Origin: an uncultured bacterium
GTDB lineage: Bacteria; Planctomycetota; UBA1135; GCA-002686595
Reading direction: 5' to 3'
NCBI GenBank assembly: GCA_943787795.1
Contig: CALSNU010000003.1
Coordinates: 256,001 to 320,000 of the forward strand
Length of the DNA: 64,000 bases
Shown piece after piece: positions 25,710-37,541 of this stretch. A program made the translations under genes and the position numbers. Positions within the stretch are counted from its first letter, which is position 1; every line of letters starts with the position of its first letter. The notes under the pieces are model-generated. The model was given only the letters and a program-made list of their open reading frames with translations, ran no database searches and was not told the origin of the DNA.

Positions 25710-27466
25710 TGAATGAACGATCGCAGGCCTCCCGAGGTGAGCTCGGGCGCCTTCACCAGGAGCTGCAGCGAGACCTGCGGGCCATCGAGCCCCTGCGAGC
25801 CATCGCCGATCGAGCGGGGGAGCTCGCTGGCTTCGAGGAGGACCTCGCGGAGCAGCTGGAGCGAGCCAGCTCAGCCGCGGTGGTCTGTCTGGTCGGTTCA
25901 ACGGGGGCGGGCAAGTCGACCCTCTTGAACGCGCTGGTCGGGCGGGACATCGCCACGGAGGGTGTCGATCGACCCACGACATCGGCGCCGGTGATCTACC
26001 GGCCGGCTGACGCGGATATCTCGGAGCTCCTCACAGGGCTCCCGGGAGAGCCGCCGCGGGTGGTGACCTACGACCCCAGGGACGGGGGCGGCGTGGAGGC
26101 CTTCTGGCGGGGGCAGATCCTCGTCGACGCGCCGGACACCAACAGCGTCGAGACCGGTCACCGAGAGGTGGTGCGTGCCCTCGCGGCCCGCTCGGACGTG
26201 CTCGTCGTCGTGGCCCATCGTCAGTCGGTGGCCGAGCTGAGCTCCGCCGCCTTCGTGGATCTCTTCGCGGGTCGCCGCGGGATGATCTTCGTCCTCGGCC
26301 GGAGGGATGAGCTCGACGCAGCCGCGGACGCGGAGCTGCGGGCTCAGCTGAGGGGGCTGGCAGCGGACCGGTGGGGCGCGGAGGGGGCGCCCGTCCTCTC
26401 GGTGAGCGCACGCCGCGGCAAGGAGGGGGCAGACGCCGGTGGCCTCCCGGAGCTCCGGCGAGTCCTCGGCGACCTGATCTCGGAGGAGCGCCTCGGGAGC
26501 GTGCGGCGCCAGAATGCCGTGGGCAACGTGGCGCGCATCGGGGCGGAGATCTCGGAGGTGGGGCCGGAGGTCGAGGCGGCCGCCGAGCGCCTGCGGGAAG
26601 GCCTGGAGGCCGGCGCCGCGGCGTGGTGCGGTCGCACCGTGGCGCTGGTCAACGAGCGGCTCGATCAGCGCAAGGCGGACCTCTCGCGAATGCTCTGGAA
26701 CGACGCCGCCAAGGTCTGGGACGGCCCGGGCGGATATGCCCTGCGGGTCGGAGGGCTCGGGACCCTCGGCCTCGGGGCTGGCGCGGCGGTCGCGCGGCGC
26801 AACCCGCTGCTCGCCGCGGGGCTGGCGGCAGGGAGCATCGCCGCGTCACGGGTGCAGGGCGCGGTCCGCGATCGCGCCTTCGAGTCCACCTCGGGTCTCC
26901 TGCCTGGGGGCAGCGAGCTCGCGGAGCTGCAACGGGCAGCCTTCGTCGATGCGCGGGTCGCGGCAGCCGAGCTCGCGGTGGATGAGGCCGCGATCGGCCT
27001 CGCGCCCGCCGAGAGCGAACTCTCAGCCTGCGCGGCCGGCGCCGTGGATGAGGCATGGGATCGCTTGCTGCGCGTGGACCTGCCCCGTGAGGCTCGTCGT
27101 GGCGTCCCCAGGCCCCTTCGCGCCCTGGTGGATCTGCCCGTGTTCGGGCTGGGCGGGTGGGTGCTCTACCGGACGGTCGAGGGCTTCATCGCCGAGCAAT
27201 ACGTGGGAGTCGACTTCCTCGTCAGCGCCACGATCATCGCGCTCGCCTGGCTCTTCGGGGCACGGGTCCTGGTGCGCGCCCGCTTCGCGGGGCGTAGCGC
27301 GGCGCTCCTCTCGCAGGTCCGTGGTGACATCGAGCAGCGCGTCGGGGCCGCCGCCAGCCGGGCCATCGGGGAGCCGTCGGAGCGGCTCGAGATCCTCCTG
27401 GGCGGCCTTCGGCGAGTGGAGTTGGCGGACCGCGCTTGGCGGCGTCGCCTGCACGGCGGAGAATGA
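25706..27466 (+). CDS. Dynamin-like/TRAFAC GTPase 2 with helical stalk and hydrophobic segments
   Basis: G1 GSTGAGKST, G2 RPTT, G3 DAPD; Gly-rich hydrophobic hairpin and C-terminal TM-like segments. Confidence 0.8.
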   Translation: MMNERSQASRGELGRLHQELQRDLRAIEPLRAIADRAGELAGFEEDLAEQLERASSAAVVCLVGSTGAGKSTLLNALVGRDIATEGVDRPTTSAPVIYRPADADISELLTGLPGEPPRVVTYDPRDGGGVEAFWRGQILVDAPDTNSVETGHREVVRALAARSDVLVVVAHRQSVAELSSAAFVDLFAGRRGMIFVLGRRDELDAAADAELRAQLRGLAADRWGAEGAPVLSVSARRGKEGADAGGLPELRRVLGDLISEERLGSVRRQNAVGNVARIGAEISEVGPEVEAAAERLREGLEAGAAAWCGRTVALVNERLDQRKADLSRMLWNDAAKVWDGPGGYALRVGGLGTLGLGAGAAVARRNPLLAAGLAAGSIAASRVQGAVRDRAFESTSGLLPGGSELAELQRAAFVDARVAAAELAVDEAAIGLAPAESELSACAAGAVDEAWDRLLRVDLPREARRGVPRPLRALVDLPVFGLGGWVLYRTVEGFIAEQYVGVDFLVSATIIALAWLFGARVLVRARFAGRSAALLSQVRGDIEQRVGAAASRAIGEPSERLEILLGGLRRVELADRAWRRRLHGGE

Positions 27467-27499
27467 GCAGCCGCTTCACTCCTGACCCCAACGACTTCG

Positions 27500-28537
27500 A
27501 TGCTGATCCTGCTGCCCCTCATCGCGCCCCTCGCCTTCTCCATCCCCGCCGCCCCCGGCCCGGTCCAGGACGACGCCCTCGCCAAGACCGCGGAGCCGGC
27601 CGCGGTCATCCTCGGCCCGGAGGGGCACCGCTATCGTTGGGTGTCTGATTGGCTGAAGCTGCCGGAGGGCATGGTCCTGGGGAACACGCACGGCTGCGTG
27701 GCCGTGGACTCCAAGGGGCGCGTGTACTTCAACACCGACGCCAAGCACGCCGTGGTGGTGGCGGACGCCAACGGTGACGTGGTCGACACCTGGGGCTCGG
27801 AGTGGGCGGGCGGCCTGCACGGGATGACCATCGTCAAGGAGAGCGAAGGGGAGTTCTGCTACCTCTCGCACACCGGTCGCCATGAGATCGCCAAGGTGAC
27901 CCTCGACGGGGAGCTGGTCTGGAAGAGCGGATACCCCGCAGCCTCGGGGGTCTACACGGGCGCCGGCCAATACCGTCCGACGGGCATCGCCGTGGCGCCG
28001 AACGGAGACATCTACGTGGGGGACGGCTACGGCCAGAGCTGGTGCCACTCATTCTCGTCGAGCGGCGAGTACCAGGGCTCCTTCGGTGGTCCGGGGACCG
28101 AGCCGGGCAAGATGCGTACCCCCCACGGGATGATCATCGAGCGCGCGGGTGACAAGACCTACGTCGTGGTCTGCGATCGAGAGAACCACCGGCTCCAGCG
28201 CTTTGACCTGGATGGCAACCTCGTGAGGGTTGAGACTCCGGGCTTGCGCAGGCCTTGCAACGGTGTGTTCACCGGCGACGTGCTCGCCGTGGCGGACCTC
28301 ATGGGGCGAGTGACCTTGCTGGGCCTCGACGAGAAGGGCGAGCGCTACGTGGTGGCGCACCTGGGTGACAACCCCGAGCCCTCGCGGCGCGGGGTGAACG
28401 GGGTGCCCCGGGATCAGTGGGTCGACGGTGAGTTCCTCTCGCCCCACGGGATCGGGGCGGACGCGGACGGGAACCTCTACGTGCTGGACTGGAACCGGAA
28501 TGGCCGGGTCAGCAAGCTCGAGCGGCTGAAGGACTGA
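27500..28537 (+). CDS. Secreted NHL-repeat beta-propeller (peptidyl-hydroxyglycine lyase-like)
   Basis: Signal peptide; PTGIAVAPNGDIYVGDGYG, TPHG, DRENHRLQRF and SPHGIGADADGNLYV. Confidence 0.82.
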   Translation: MLILLPLIAPLAFSIPAAPGPVQDDALAKTAEPAAVILGPEGHRYRWVSDWLKLPEGMVLGNTHGCVAVDSKGRVYFNTDAKHAVVVADANGDVVDTWGSEWAGGLHGMTIVKESEGEFCYLSHTGRHEIAKVTLDGELVWKSGYPAASGVYTGAGQYRPTGIAVAPNGDIYVGDGYGQSWCHSFSSSGEYQGSFGGPGTEPGKMRTPHGMIIERAGDKTYVVVCDRENHRLQRFDLDGNLVRVETPGLRRPCNGVFTGDVLAVADLMGRVTLLGLDEKGERYVVAHLGDNPEPSRRGVNGVPRDQWVDGEFLSPHGIGADADGNLYVLDWNRNGRVSKLERLKD

Positions 28538-28781
28538 GCTGGGCCGAGGCTGGCGCCACGGAGACCTGCGGGCTCTGACCACCGGAGCCTCCAGGGCTCG
28601 GCGGGGACCCCGCGGGTCCTGGACGCCAGGAGAGCGCTCCCGCGCCGGGGAGGGGGGCGGAGGTGCCACTTCAGCAGAGGGCTCGATGGGGCACGTGCCG
28701 CTTTGGCAGACCCCGGGGCGGATCGGTGCTCAGGGGGGCGGCAGGGCGGTTTCCAGGCTCCCAACGTCTCCTGGTGACCCG

Positions 28782-28797
28782 TTGGCACGCGAGTTGT
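28782..28797 (+). promoter_or_regulatory. Possible sigma-54 (-24/-12) promoter of dnaK
   Basis: TTGGCACGCGAGTTGT against consensus TGGCACG-N4-TTGC; one mismatch at the conserved -12 C. Confidence 0.35.
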
Positions 28798-28875
28798 TCC
28801 TCGGAGGGCTCGGAGTAAGGAGACCCCATCGGGGCTGGCCGATCCGCGCGTCAGACCCCACGGAAGAACAAGAGC

Positions 28876-30789
<1,914 letters not shown>

Positions 30790-30835
30790 GGCCGCGGGTC
30801 GGCTCGACGCAGGTCGGGTGAAGGCCCGCCACGAA

Positions 30836-30874
30836 CGAGCCCCGGCTCCGGCGAACTGCCGGAGCCGGGGCTCG
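30836..30874. terminator. Perfect 17 bp hairpin after dnaK (probable terminator; no clear U-tract)
   Basis: cgagccccggctccggc-gaact-gccggagccggggctcg. Confidence 0.7.
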
Positions 30875-30944
30875 CTCAGGTTCCCCACGCCCCACGGTCC
30901 CCACCCCTGGGGGGCAGGCCTCCGGGAGGCCCGCGGTGCCGGAG

Positions 30945-31316
30945 TCAGGCGCGGTCTGCATCCGGCTCGTCCTGCTCCACCGCCGGCGCGCAGGGTCCGG
31001 GCGGCCTCCGGGCGGCCTTGGGGAGGACGTGTCCGAGGACGCAGGCAACGGAGGAGGGAATCGAGCCCAGGGGAAGCATCCCGGCGGGCTCCGCGTCGGC
31101 AAGGGCCTCATCCAGGAGGGGGGAGGGCATGCGCTGCCATGCGCAGTGAGCCAGGTCGGGAGCGACTGTCGTACCGATCCACAGCGTGCAGATGGGGAGC
31201 GCCAGGAAGCCAAGGGTCCCGAGCGCGCCCCGGCGCGCCGACAGGTACAAGGCGCCGAGGGTCAGCGCGCAGGTGAGTGCGAAGAGGGGATAGCAGGTGG
31301 TGTCTTGGGGCGCCAT
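30945..31316 (-). CDS. Small hypothetical membrane protein
   Basis: From MAPQDTT: two hydrophobic segments (YPLFALTCALTLGALYL, LGTLGFLALPICTLWIG). No family recognised. Confidence 0.35.
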   Translation of the reverse strand: MAPQDTTCYPLFALTCALTLGALYLSARRGALGTLGFLALPICTLWIGTTVAPDLAHCAWQRMPSPLLDEALADAEPAGMLPLGSIPSSVACVLGHVLPKAARRPPGPCAPAVEQDEPDADRA

Positions 31317-31711
31317 CCGTTCCCGGGTGGGGCTGATCCCGGCGCTGCCCCAATCGCCTCGAGCTTCCCAACGGAGAGCTTGGGTCCGCTGGACGTCGGG
31401 GCGACGCTGCTCGCCGGTGAAGCCGCGCTCCACGCCGTGTGGGTTCCGCTCGGGTCAGTGGGGCACTTCGGTCCGAGGGCCGGGATCCCCGGAGGATCGG
31501 CAGCGGCTGGCGCCCGCGCTCGCTCCTCAATCGCCAGGGTCGGGGGCCAGCTTCCTAGCGCCTCCCGCTTCCAGGGATCCGTCCGTTCAGGCCCTATTGA
31601 AGGGGTCTGGCGGACGGGAGCGGGCCGCGGGGATCCCGAGAGGCCTGGCGGCGCTGGACGGTCCGCGTCGCACCTCTTGGCCCAGGATCTTGGATCCCGG
31701 GCTCCACCGGG

Positions 31712-32041
31712 TCAGGGCGTAGGCCCGGAGCGGCTCAGCATCGGCGGGGCGATGCCGGCCGGCTCGAGCCCATGCTCCCCTTGCTCGGAGGCTCCGCCCG
31801 AGGTCGGTTCAGGCCGCTGGTGTCCTTCCACACTCTTCGCGGCGGGGGTGATGACCAGCAGCGGCGTCTGCGAGAGACCCACCGGACGGGCGGCCTCTTT
31901 GCTCCCGAAGTCGGGCGCTGTCACGTCGCTTCCCACGGACTCAGGACCCTGCCCGAGCGGGAGGGTGAGTGTCACGGTGGGGCACCACATGATGACTGCG
32001 CCCGCGAGGGCGAAGGTCAGGAGGTAAGCGAGGATCTTCAT
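31712..32041 (-). CDS. Small hypothetical exported protein
   Basis: Signal-like N-terminus MKILAYLLTFALAGAVIMW, an AT-richer upstream region and an imperfect hairpin just downstream (31680-31702). Confidence 0.45.
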   Translation of the reverse strand: MKILAYLLTFALAGAVIMWCPTVTLTLPLGQGPESVGSDVTAPDFGSKEAARPVGLSQTPLLVITPAAKSVEGHQRPEPTSGGASEQGEHGLEPAGIAPPMLSRSGPTP

Positions 32042-32521
32042 GGGCGAGCAGGCGTCGGGCAGCGGTGGATGTGGCTTTCCGCAGCCGTACCCTCAGGTGT
32101 ATCTGGTTCTTATCCATTCAGGTAAGTGCAAACCCGTATTTCATGTTTGCGGCCCTCCGATCATCGCCCAGCAGCGTGGCTTCGCCCTTTGCCTGGCACT
32201 ATTCCCGCTCGCTGGGTCGCGCCATGTGGCGCGCTGGGGCCCTTGCGGTCGGTCGGCCTGGAAGGGGCTCGCAGTGCAAAGGCGGTCGCCGCGAGGCGCT
32301 GATTCTGATGTCGGTAATGAGTCCGACCTCGCCTGGCTAGGAGCGGGCGGCGGGTCTCGAGTGGGCCACTTGTGGGCTCCGGTCATGGCTCCTTGGGTAG
32401 GGCGACGGGCTCGGTAGACCTGCTGGACGCCTCTCTCAGGACATGCGCCCGTTCCAATGGCCCTGTGAGCGAGCGCGACGCCCGGATCTCCGGGCTGGCC
32501 GGTCGCGCCACCGTGGCTGCT

Positions 32522-33118
32522 CTAGCGCGCGAGGTGGCCGAGGAGGTCGTACTGGTCGATGTCGAATCGCGAGCCCTGGCCGTTCCACTGGATGGTGCCC
32601 ATGTGGGCGCGGTGGGTGCCGTCGGCGCGGTCGGCGGCGTAGAGGCGCAGGGCGGTGGCGACGCTCGGGAAGGCGAGGTCGGCCCAGGGGATCTCGTCGA
32701 GGTCCACCAGCTTGACCTCGCTGGACTCCTCGCCGGGGCCAAAATGCCTGCCCACCAGCCGCGCCCGGTAGACCATGTAGAGCTGGCTGATGTGCGGGAT
32801 GTCGAGGGCCGCGTGGAGGCCGAGGATCTCGACCTCGGCGTCAGACTCTTCCAGGGTCTCCCGCGCCGCGCCCGCCGGCGAGGACTCGTTGCACTCCAGG
32901 TATCCCGCCGGGAAGGTCCAGCGGCCGAGGGCCGGCTCGATGGCGCGCTTGCAGAGGAGCAGCTGGTCGCCGGCCTCCACGATGCAGCCCACCACCACGT
33001 TGGGGTTCACGTAGCGGATGTGCCCGCAGCTCGTACACACCGCGCGCTCGCGGTTGTCGCCCTCGGGGATCCGCGGCTCGGTGGGCGAGCCGCACTCGGT
33101 GCAGAAAGAGCCAGCCAT
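32522..33118 (-). CDS. NUDIX hydrolase with N-terminal zinc ribbon
   Basis: FCTECG...CTSCG..YVNP and Nudix box GYLECNESSPAGAARETLEE. Start at ATG 33118, overlapping the upstream stop. Confidence 0.9.
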   Translation of the reverse strand: MAGSFCTECGSPTEPRIPEGDNRERAVCTSCGHIRYVNPNVVVGCIVEAGDQLLLCKRAIEPALGRWTFPAGYLECNESSPAGAARETLEESDAEVEILGLHAALDIPHISQLYMVYRARLVGRHFGPGEESSEVKLVDLDEIPWADLAFPSVATALRLYAADRADGTHRAHMGTIQWNGQGSRFDIDQYDLLGHLAR

Positions 33119-34239
33119 CACACGCGGAGGAAGATCCGCCGTCGCCAGAGGACGTAGAGCAGGCCCCACTGGAGGGAGAGTGCCAGGAGCGGAACGAGGG
33201 CCTCGGACATGCGCCCGGTCTCGAGGGCGCGGCCGCAGAGGACCGCGACGAGGCCGTTGTAGTCCACGTAGGCGCTCAGGAGGTAGGCGAGGATGGCGTT
33301 GGCACCGACGACGGAGAAGAAGAAGCCGAGGCGGGGAGCGCCGATCACGTCGAAGATCAGGTGGAAGAGGCCGAGGAGCACGAGGCTCCAGCCGCCCGCC
33401 ACGAGCACGAAGCTCGCGGTCCACAGGTTCTTGTTCACGGGCAGTCCCGCGGCGTCCAGGAGCCATCCCAGGAGCAGGCACTGCAGGCCGGCTGCCAGAA
33501 GCCAGCCCACCCGCCGCCGGTCGGGCACGTCCTGCCGGCGGAGCCAGCGCCCCGCGAAGGAGCCGAGCAGCGCGGTGCCAATGGCCGAGAGGACCCCGAA
33601 GAGCCCCTCGGGATCCCGGTCGACCATGTGGAGGCGCCCCGGCACGGTCATGCGGTCGAAGAGGTCCCCGAACGTCTGGCCGGGCTCGAGGCTGGGGGCG
33701 TCGAGGCCCTGCGCAGCGGGGATGAGGAGCAGGGCGGCGGAGTGCGCGGCGAGCACGAGCCCGAAGGCGATGGCCTGCCCGCGGAGGCTCAGGAAGAGGA
33801 CCGCGAGGGCGGCGCCGGCCCAGGCGAGGCCGATGCGCCCGAGGACGCTCGCGTAGCGCAGGCCCTCGAGCTCGAGGGAGAGCAGCCCGTTGTAGACGAC
33901 GCCCAGGAACACCAGCAGCGCCGCACGGCGCGCCGTGTGGAGGGCGAGGGTGGCCCGCGTGTCGCCGCGCTCCAGCCTCCGGTCGAAGGAGAGGGGCATG
34001 GAGGCCCCCGCCAGGAACAGGAACAGGGGGAAGATCAGGTCCCAAGCGGTGAAGCCGTTCCACTCGGGGTGGTGCGCCTGGGCGTCGAGGGCGTCGTGGA
34101 GGCCGCCCAGTCCGAACGCGAGGCAGAGGGCAAGCACCACCTCCCGGAGGCCCAGGATCATCATCATGTCGAGGCCCCTGAGGGCGTCGATGGAGAGGAT
34201 CCGCCGCGGTGCGGTCGAGTCTTGGGGGGCTTCGTTCAT
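33118..34239 (-). CDS. Heparan-alpha-glucosaminide N-acetyltransferase-like (NagX/DUF5009) membrane protein
   Basis: RILSIDALRG, DLIFPLFLF.AG.S, VLGRIG, DPEG and PVNKNLWTASF; many TM helices. Confidence 0.85.
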   Translation of the reverse strand: MNEAPQDSTAPRRILSIDALRGLDMMMILGLREVVLALCLAFGLGGLHDALDAQAHHPEWNGFTAWDLIFPLFLFLAGASMPLSFDRRLERGDTRATLALHTARRAALLVFLGVVYNGLLSLELEGLRYASVLGRIGLAWAGAALAVLFLSLRGQAIAFGLVLAAHSAALLLIPAAQGLDAPSLEPGQTFGDLFDRMTVPGRLHMVDRDPEGLFGVLSAIGTALLGSFAGRWLRRQDVPDRRRVGWLLAAGLQCLLLGWLLDAAGLPVNKNLWTASFVLVAGGWSLVLLGLFHLIFDVIGAPRLGFFFSVVGANAILAYLLSAYVDYNGLVAVLCGRALETGRMSEALVPLLALSLQWGLLYVLWRRRIFLRV

Positions 34240-34249
34240 CGCGGGTTCG

Positions 34250-35284
34250 TCAGCGGGAGGCGTTGGTGCCCGCGGACGAGCTGTACTCGCGCTCGGGGAA
34301 GGCGGGATCCTGGAGCTGGACGAACCAGTCCGCAGCGCGCGCTGCGGCGAGGGGCGGCGAGACGTCGAAGAGCCAGTACTCCTCCACGTCCCCGGCGCCG
34401 ATGTAGCCCAGCATGGTGCCCTGGCTGAGGTGCTGGGCGATGGCGACGCTGGCGATGGCCTTGAGGGTCAGGCGGTCCCGGTGGCCAAACGGTTGGTTGC
34501 GGTCGACCGTGAAAGGGGCCGGCGTCGCGCGGAGGGCGGTCAGGTCCTGCCCTTCTGCTCCGGCGTCGACGAGGACGGGCGGCACCCCGATGTCCTCGGC
34601 GTCCGCCGCCTTGACCTGGCAACACAGGGCGATCGCTCGATCGGCCTCGGGCATGCGCGCGACCGCCTCGAGGGCCAGCAGGCTCGCGGCCTGGTGGTGG
34701 CCGTGGGTGGTGGCGGTGGGCGCGAGGGTCACGACGAAGTCGTACCGCTCGTCAGCGAGGCGCCGGTCGAGGCTGGCGCGCACGGCGGCGAGGTCCCAGA
34801 CCCCCGCGTCCTCTGCCAGGACCTCCATGCGGTCCTGGGTGTAGCGGTGGTCGGTCTGCTGGAGTCGCACGAGCATGCGCGCTCCCAGGAGCTCCAGGGA
34901 GCGCCGCTGCTCCTCGCGCCGGATGGCGGGGAGCTCGCGGCGCCCGACCTCCTCCTCTGTGAGGGGCATGCCGTGCAGCGCCTCGGCGAAGCTCGCGTAC
35001 TTGAACCCCCCCTGGCCGTCCGTGATCGTGAGTACGTCGCAGGCGCCGCCCAGTCGCGCGCCCGTGAGATAGAGGGCGCCCGTTGCCACCAGCTCGTCAT
35101 CGGGATGCGCGACGACCACCAGCACCTTCGGGGCCTCATCGGTGAGGGGCTCGAAGCTGGCGCGGTTGAGGCGGATCTCCTCCTCTGCGGCGGGCGAGGC
35201 GCAGGCGGCGGCGAGGAGCAGCGCCAGGATCGCCACGCGGCGAGGCGCCGGGAGAGCCGGGTGGGGAGCGAGGAGGTGAGTCAC
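34250..35284 (-). CDS. PIG-L/LmbE family deacetylase, lipoprotein
   Basis: Lipobox LAAAC, VVAHPDDE, TDGQGG, RREE and HGHH. Start is approximate. Confidence 0.85.
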   Translation of the reverse strand: MTHLLAPHPALPAPRRVAILALLLAAACASPAAEEEIRLNRASFEPLTDEAPKVLVVVAHPDDELVATGALYLTGARLGGACDVLTITDGQGGFKYASFAEALHGMPLTEEEVGRRELPAIRREEQRRSLELLGARMLVRLQQTDHRYTQDRMEVLAEDAGVWDLAAVRASLDRRLADERYDFVVTLAPTATTHGHHQAASLLALEAVARMPEADRAIALCCQVKAADAEDIGVPPVLVDAGAEGQDLTALRATPAPFTVDRNQPFGHRDRLTLKAIASVAIAQHLSQGTMLGYIGAGDVEEYWLFDVSPPLAAARAADWFVQLQDPAFPEREYSSSAGTNASR

Positions 35285-35328
35285 AGGGCGTGGTGGAGAG
35301 CACAGAAGGTACCTTGGGCGTCACCTCC

Positions 35329-37488
35329 ATGCTCCTCTCCAGCGCCCTCTGCCTCGTTACCTCGCCCGCGGTCCACGCTGCGGCTCCTCAGGACACCCCT
35401 GACCTCGCGCCGCTCGCGCCGGTCCCCGTCCAGCGCCAGCTCGACTGGCATGACCGGCGCTTCTACGCCTTCATCCACTTCGGGCCCAACACCTTCACCG
35501 CGGTCGAGTGGGGCGGCGGCCAGGAGGACCCAGAGGTCTTCCAGCCTGGAGAGATGGACGCGCGGCAGTGGGTGCGCGCCTTCAAGACGGCCGGCATGAG
35601 CGGGGTGGTCATCACCGCCAAGCACCACGACGGGTTCTGCCTCTGGCCCTCGGCGGTCACCGAGCACGACGTTGCGTCCTCGAGCTGGCGCGGCGGTGAG
35701 GGCGACGTCCTCGCCGACCTCTCGGAGGCCTGCGCCGCGGAGGGGCTGTGGCTGGGCGTGTACCTGTCCCCGTGGGATCGCCACGAGGCGTGCTACGGCA
35801 CCGGCGAGGCCTACGACGATCACTTCGTGACGCAGCTCACGGAGGTCCTCACTGGCTACGGGCCCATCAAGGAGGTGTGGTTCGACGGCGCCTGCGGGGA
35901 GGGGCCCAACGGCAAGCGTCAGGTCTACGACTGGCCGCGCTACATCGCCACGGTGCGCGAGCACCAGCCGGACGCGGTGATCTTCTCGGACGCCGGCCCG
36001 GACGTGCGCTGGTGCGGGAACGAACGCGCCATCGGGGGCGAGACCAACTGGGCCACCCTGCGGCGGGATGAGATCTCGGTGGGGACCTCGAAGACCGCGG
36101 AGCTCAACCGCGGCCACGCGGACGGGACCCACTGGGTGCCAGCCGAGTTCAACACCTCGATCCGGCCGGGCTGGTTCTGGAAGGCGGGGCTCGACGACGG
36201 GGTGAAGAGCCTGGACGTGCTCATGGAGACTTACCGCGCGTCCGTGGGGCGCGGCGGGAACTTCCTCCTGAACATCCCCCCCGACGACCGAGGGCTCATC
36301 ACGGACACCGACGTGGCGCGGCTTGCCGCCCTGGGTGAGGTGCTCGATGCGACCTACGGGCGCTGCGCGTTAGCCGCCCTCGCCGAGGGGGGCGGGGTCG
36401 TGGCACGGGCCTCGAACGTGCGCGGCGGCGAGGCCCGCTTCGCTGCCAGCCAGGTCCTCGACCCTGGCCGTGACACCTTCTGGGCGGTGGACGATGACCA
36501 TGACCCGGGGGGCCCCGTGCGCGCCTGGGCCGAGTGGGACCTCGCCTCCCCTGTGACGTTCGACGAGGTCTGGCTGGGGGAGCCCATCCAGCTAGGTCAG
36601 CGGGTCGAGCGCTTCCGGGTCCTGTGCCGCGGTCCGGAGGGGAGGTGGAAGCCCATCGGCGCTGGCACCACCATCGGCCCCGCCCGAGGGCTCACGGTGG
36701 GAGAGCAGACCACCACCGGGCTCCGGGTGGAGATCCTCGGGAGCCAGGCGGCGCCGGCGCTCTCGCGGGTGTCCCTCTACCTCTCGCCGCCCCGGGTCGC
36801 CATCGAGCCCGCCGGCGCGGTGGCCGTGTCGCCGGTGGAGGTCTCTGTCTCCACCCGGCTCGGCGCGGTCGCCCGCTACACCCTCGACGGCTCCGAACCG
36901 ACCGCAGAGTCCCCCGTTGCAGAGGGGCCCGTGAGAGTAGACCGCTCGCTGACCCTGCGCGCCCGGGCCTTCGACGGGCGCGGCGCGAGCCCCTTCCCCG
37001 CCCAGGCCAGCTACCGCGTCCTGGGACCCGACGAGTGGAAGGCCGCCACCCAGTTCCTCGTCCCGCCTGCCCAGGGGCTGCGCGCGAGGCTCTACGAGGG
37101 AGGCTGGCAGACCCTTGATCAGATGGAGGGTCGGGCGCCCGTGGAGACCCGTGACGCCGTGACCTTCGACATCGGCCTCGCCACGCGCTCCGAGCAGTGC
37201 GCCATCGCCTTCGAGGGCTTCGTGAACGTGCCGGAGGATGGCCTGTTCACTTTCGCGACGCGATCCGATGACGGCAGCCGACTGTTCATCGACGGAGAGC
37301 TCGTTGTGGAGAACGACGGGCTGCACGGCATGGACCGCCGCGCGGGCAAGATCGCTCTGCGAGCGGGGTACCACGCTCTGAGAGTGGAGTGGTTCAACTC
37401 CCGCGGCGGCGCGGGCCTCGAGGTCCGCTGGGCGGGGCCCGGGATCGGCGCCGAGGTCGCGATCCCTGACGACGCTCTCTTCCGCTAG
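35329..37488 (+). CDS. Alpha-L-fucosidase GH29 with F5/8-like, Fn3-associated and PA14 domains
   Basis: FIHFGPNTF, TAKHHDGFCLWPS, WFDGACGEG, SVGRGGNFLLNIPP; RYTLDGSEPT; SDDGSRLFIDG..VVENDGLH. Confidence 0.92.
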   Translation: MLLSSALCLVTSPAVHAAAPQDTPDLAPLAPVPVQRQLDWHDRRFYAFIHFGPNTFTAVEWGGGQEDPEVFQPGEMDARQWVRAFKTAGMSGVVITAKHHDGFCLWPSAVTEHDVASSSWRGGEGDVLADLSEACAAEGLWLGVYLSPWDRHEACYGTGEAYDDHFVTQLTEVLTGYGPIKEVWFDGACGEGPNGKRQVYDWPRYIATVREHQPDAVIFSDAGPDVRWCGNERAIGGETNWATLRRDEISVGTSKTAELNRGHADGTHWVPAEFNTSIRPGWFWKAGLDDGVKSLDVLMETYRASVGRGGNFLLNIPPDDRGLITDTDVARLAALGEVLDATYGRCALAALAEGGGVVARASNVRGGEARFAASQVLDPGRDTFWAVDDDHDPGGPVRAWAEWDLASPVTFDEVWLGEPIQLGQRVERFRVLCRGPEGRWKPIGAGTTIGPARGLTVGEQTTTGLRVEILGSQAAPALSRVSLYLSPPRVAIEPAGAVAVSPVEVSVSTRLGAVARYTLDGSEPTAESPVAEGPVRVDRSLTLRARAFDGRGASPFPAQASYRVLGPDEWKAATQFLVPPAQGLRARLYEGGWQTLDQMEGRAPVETRDAVTFDIGLATRSEQCAIAFEGFVNVPEDGLFTFATRSDDGSRLFIDGELVVENDGLHGMDRRAGKIALRAGYHALRVEWFNSRGGAGLEVRWAGPGIGAEVAIPDDALFR

Positions 37489-37541
37489 ACCCGGGTCCCG
37501 AGCCGCCGACTGTCTTCCACCGAACCCTGACGCCCTGCCCC

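Noticed and set aside
28540..28875. CIRCE operator upstream of dnaK
   Set aside because: I found no TTAGCACTC-N9-GAGTGCTAA-like inverted repeat.
33119..34063. 513 aa version of the Nudix ORF
   Set aside because: The extension is an Arg/Pro-rich alternative frame of the NagX-like gene. The real start is the ATG at 33118.
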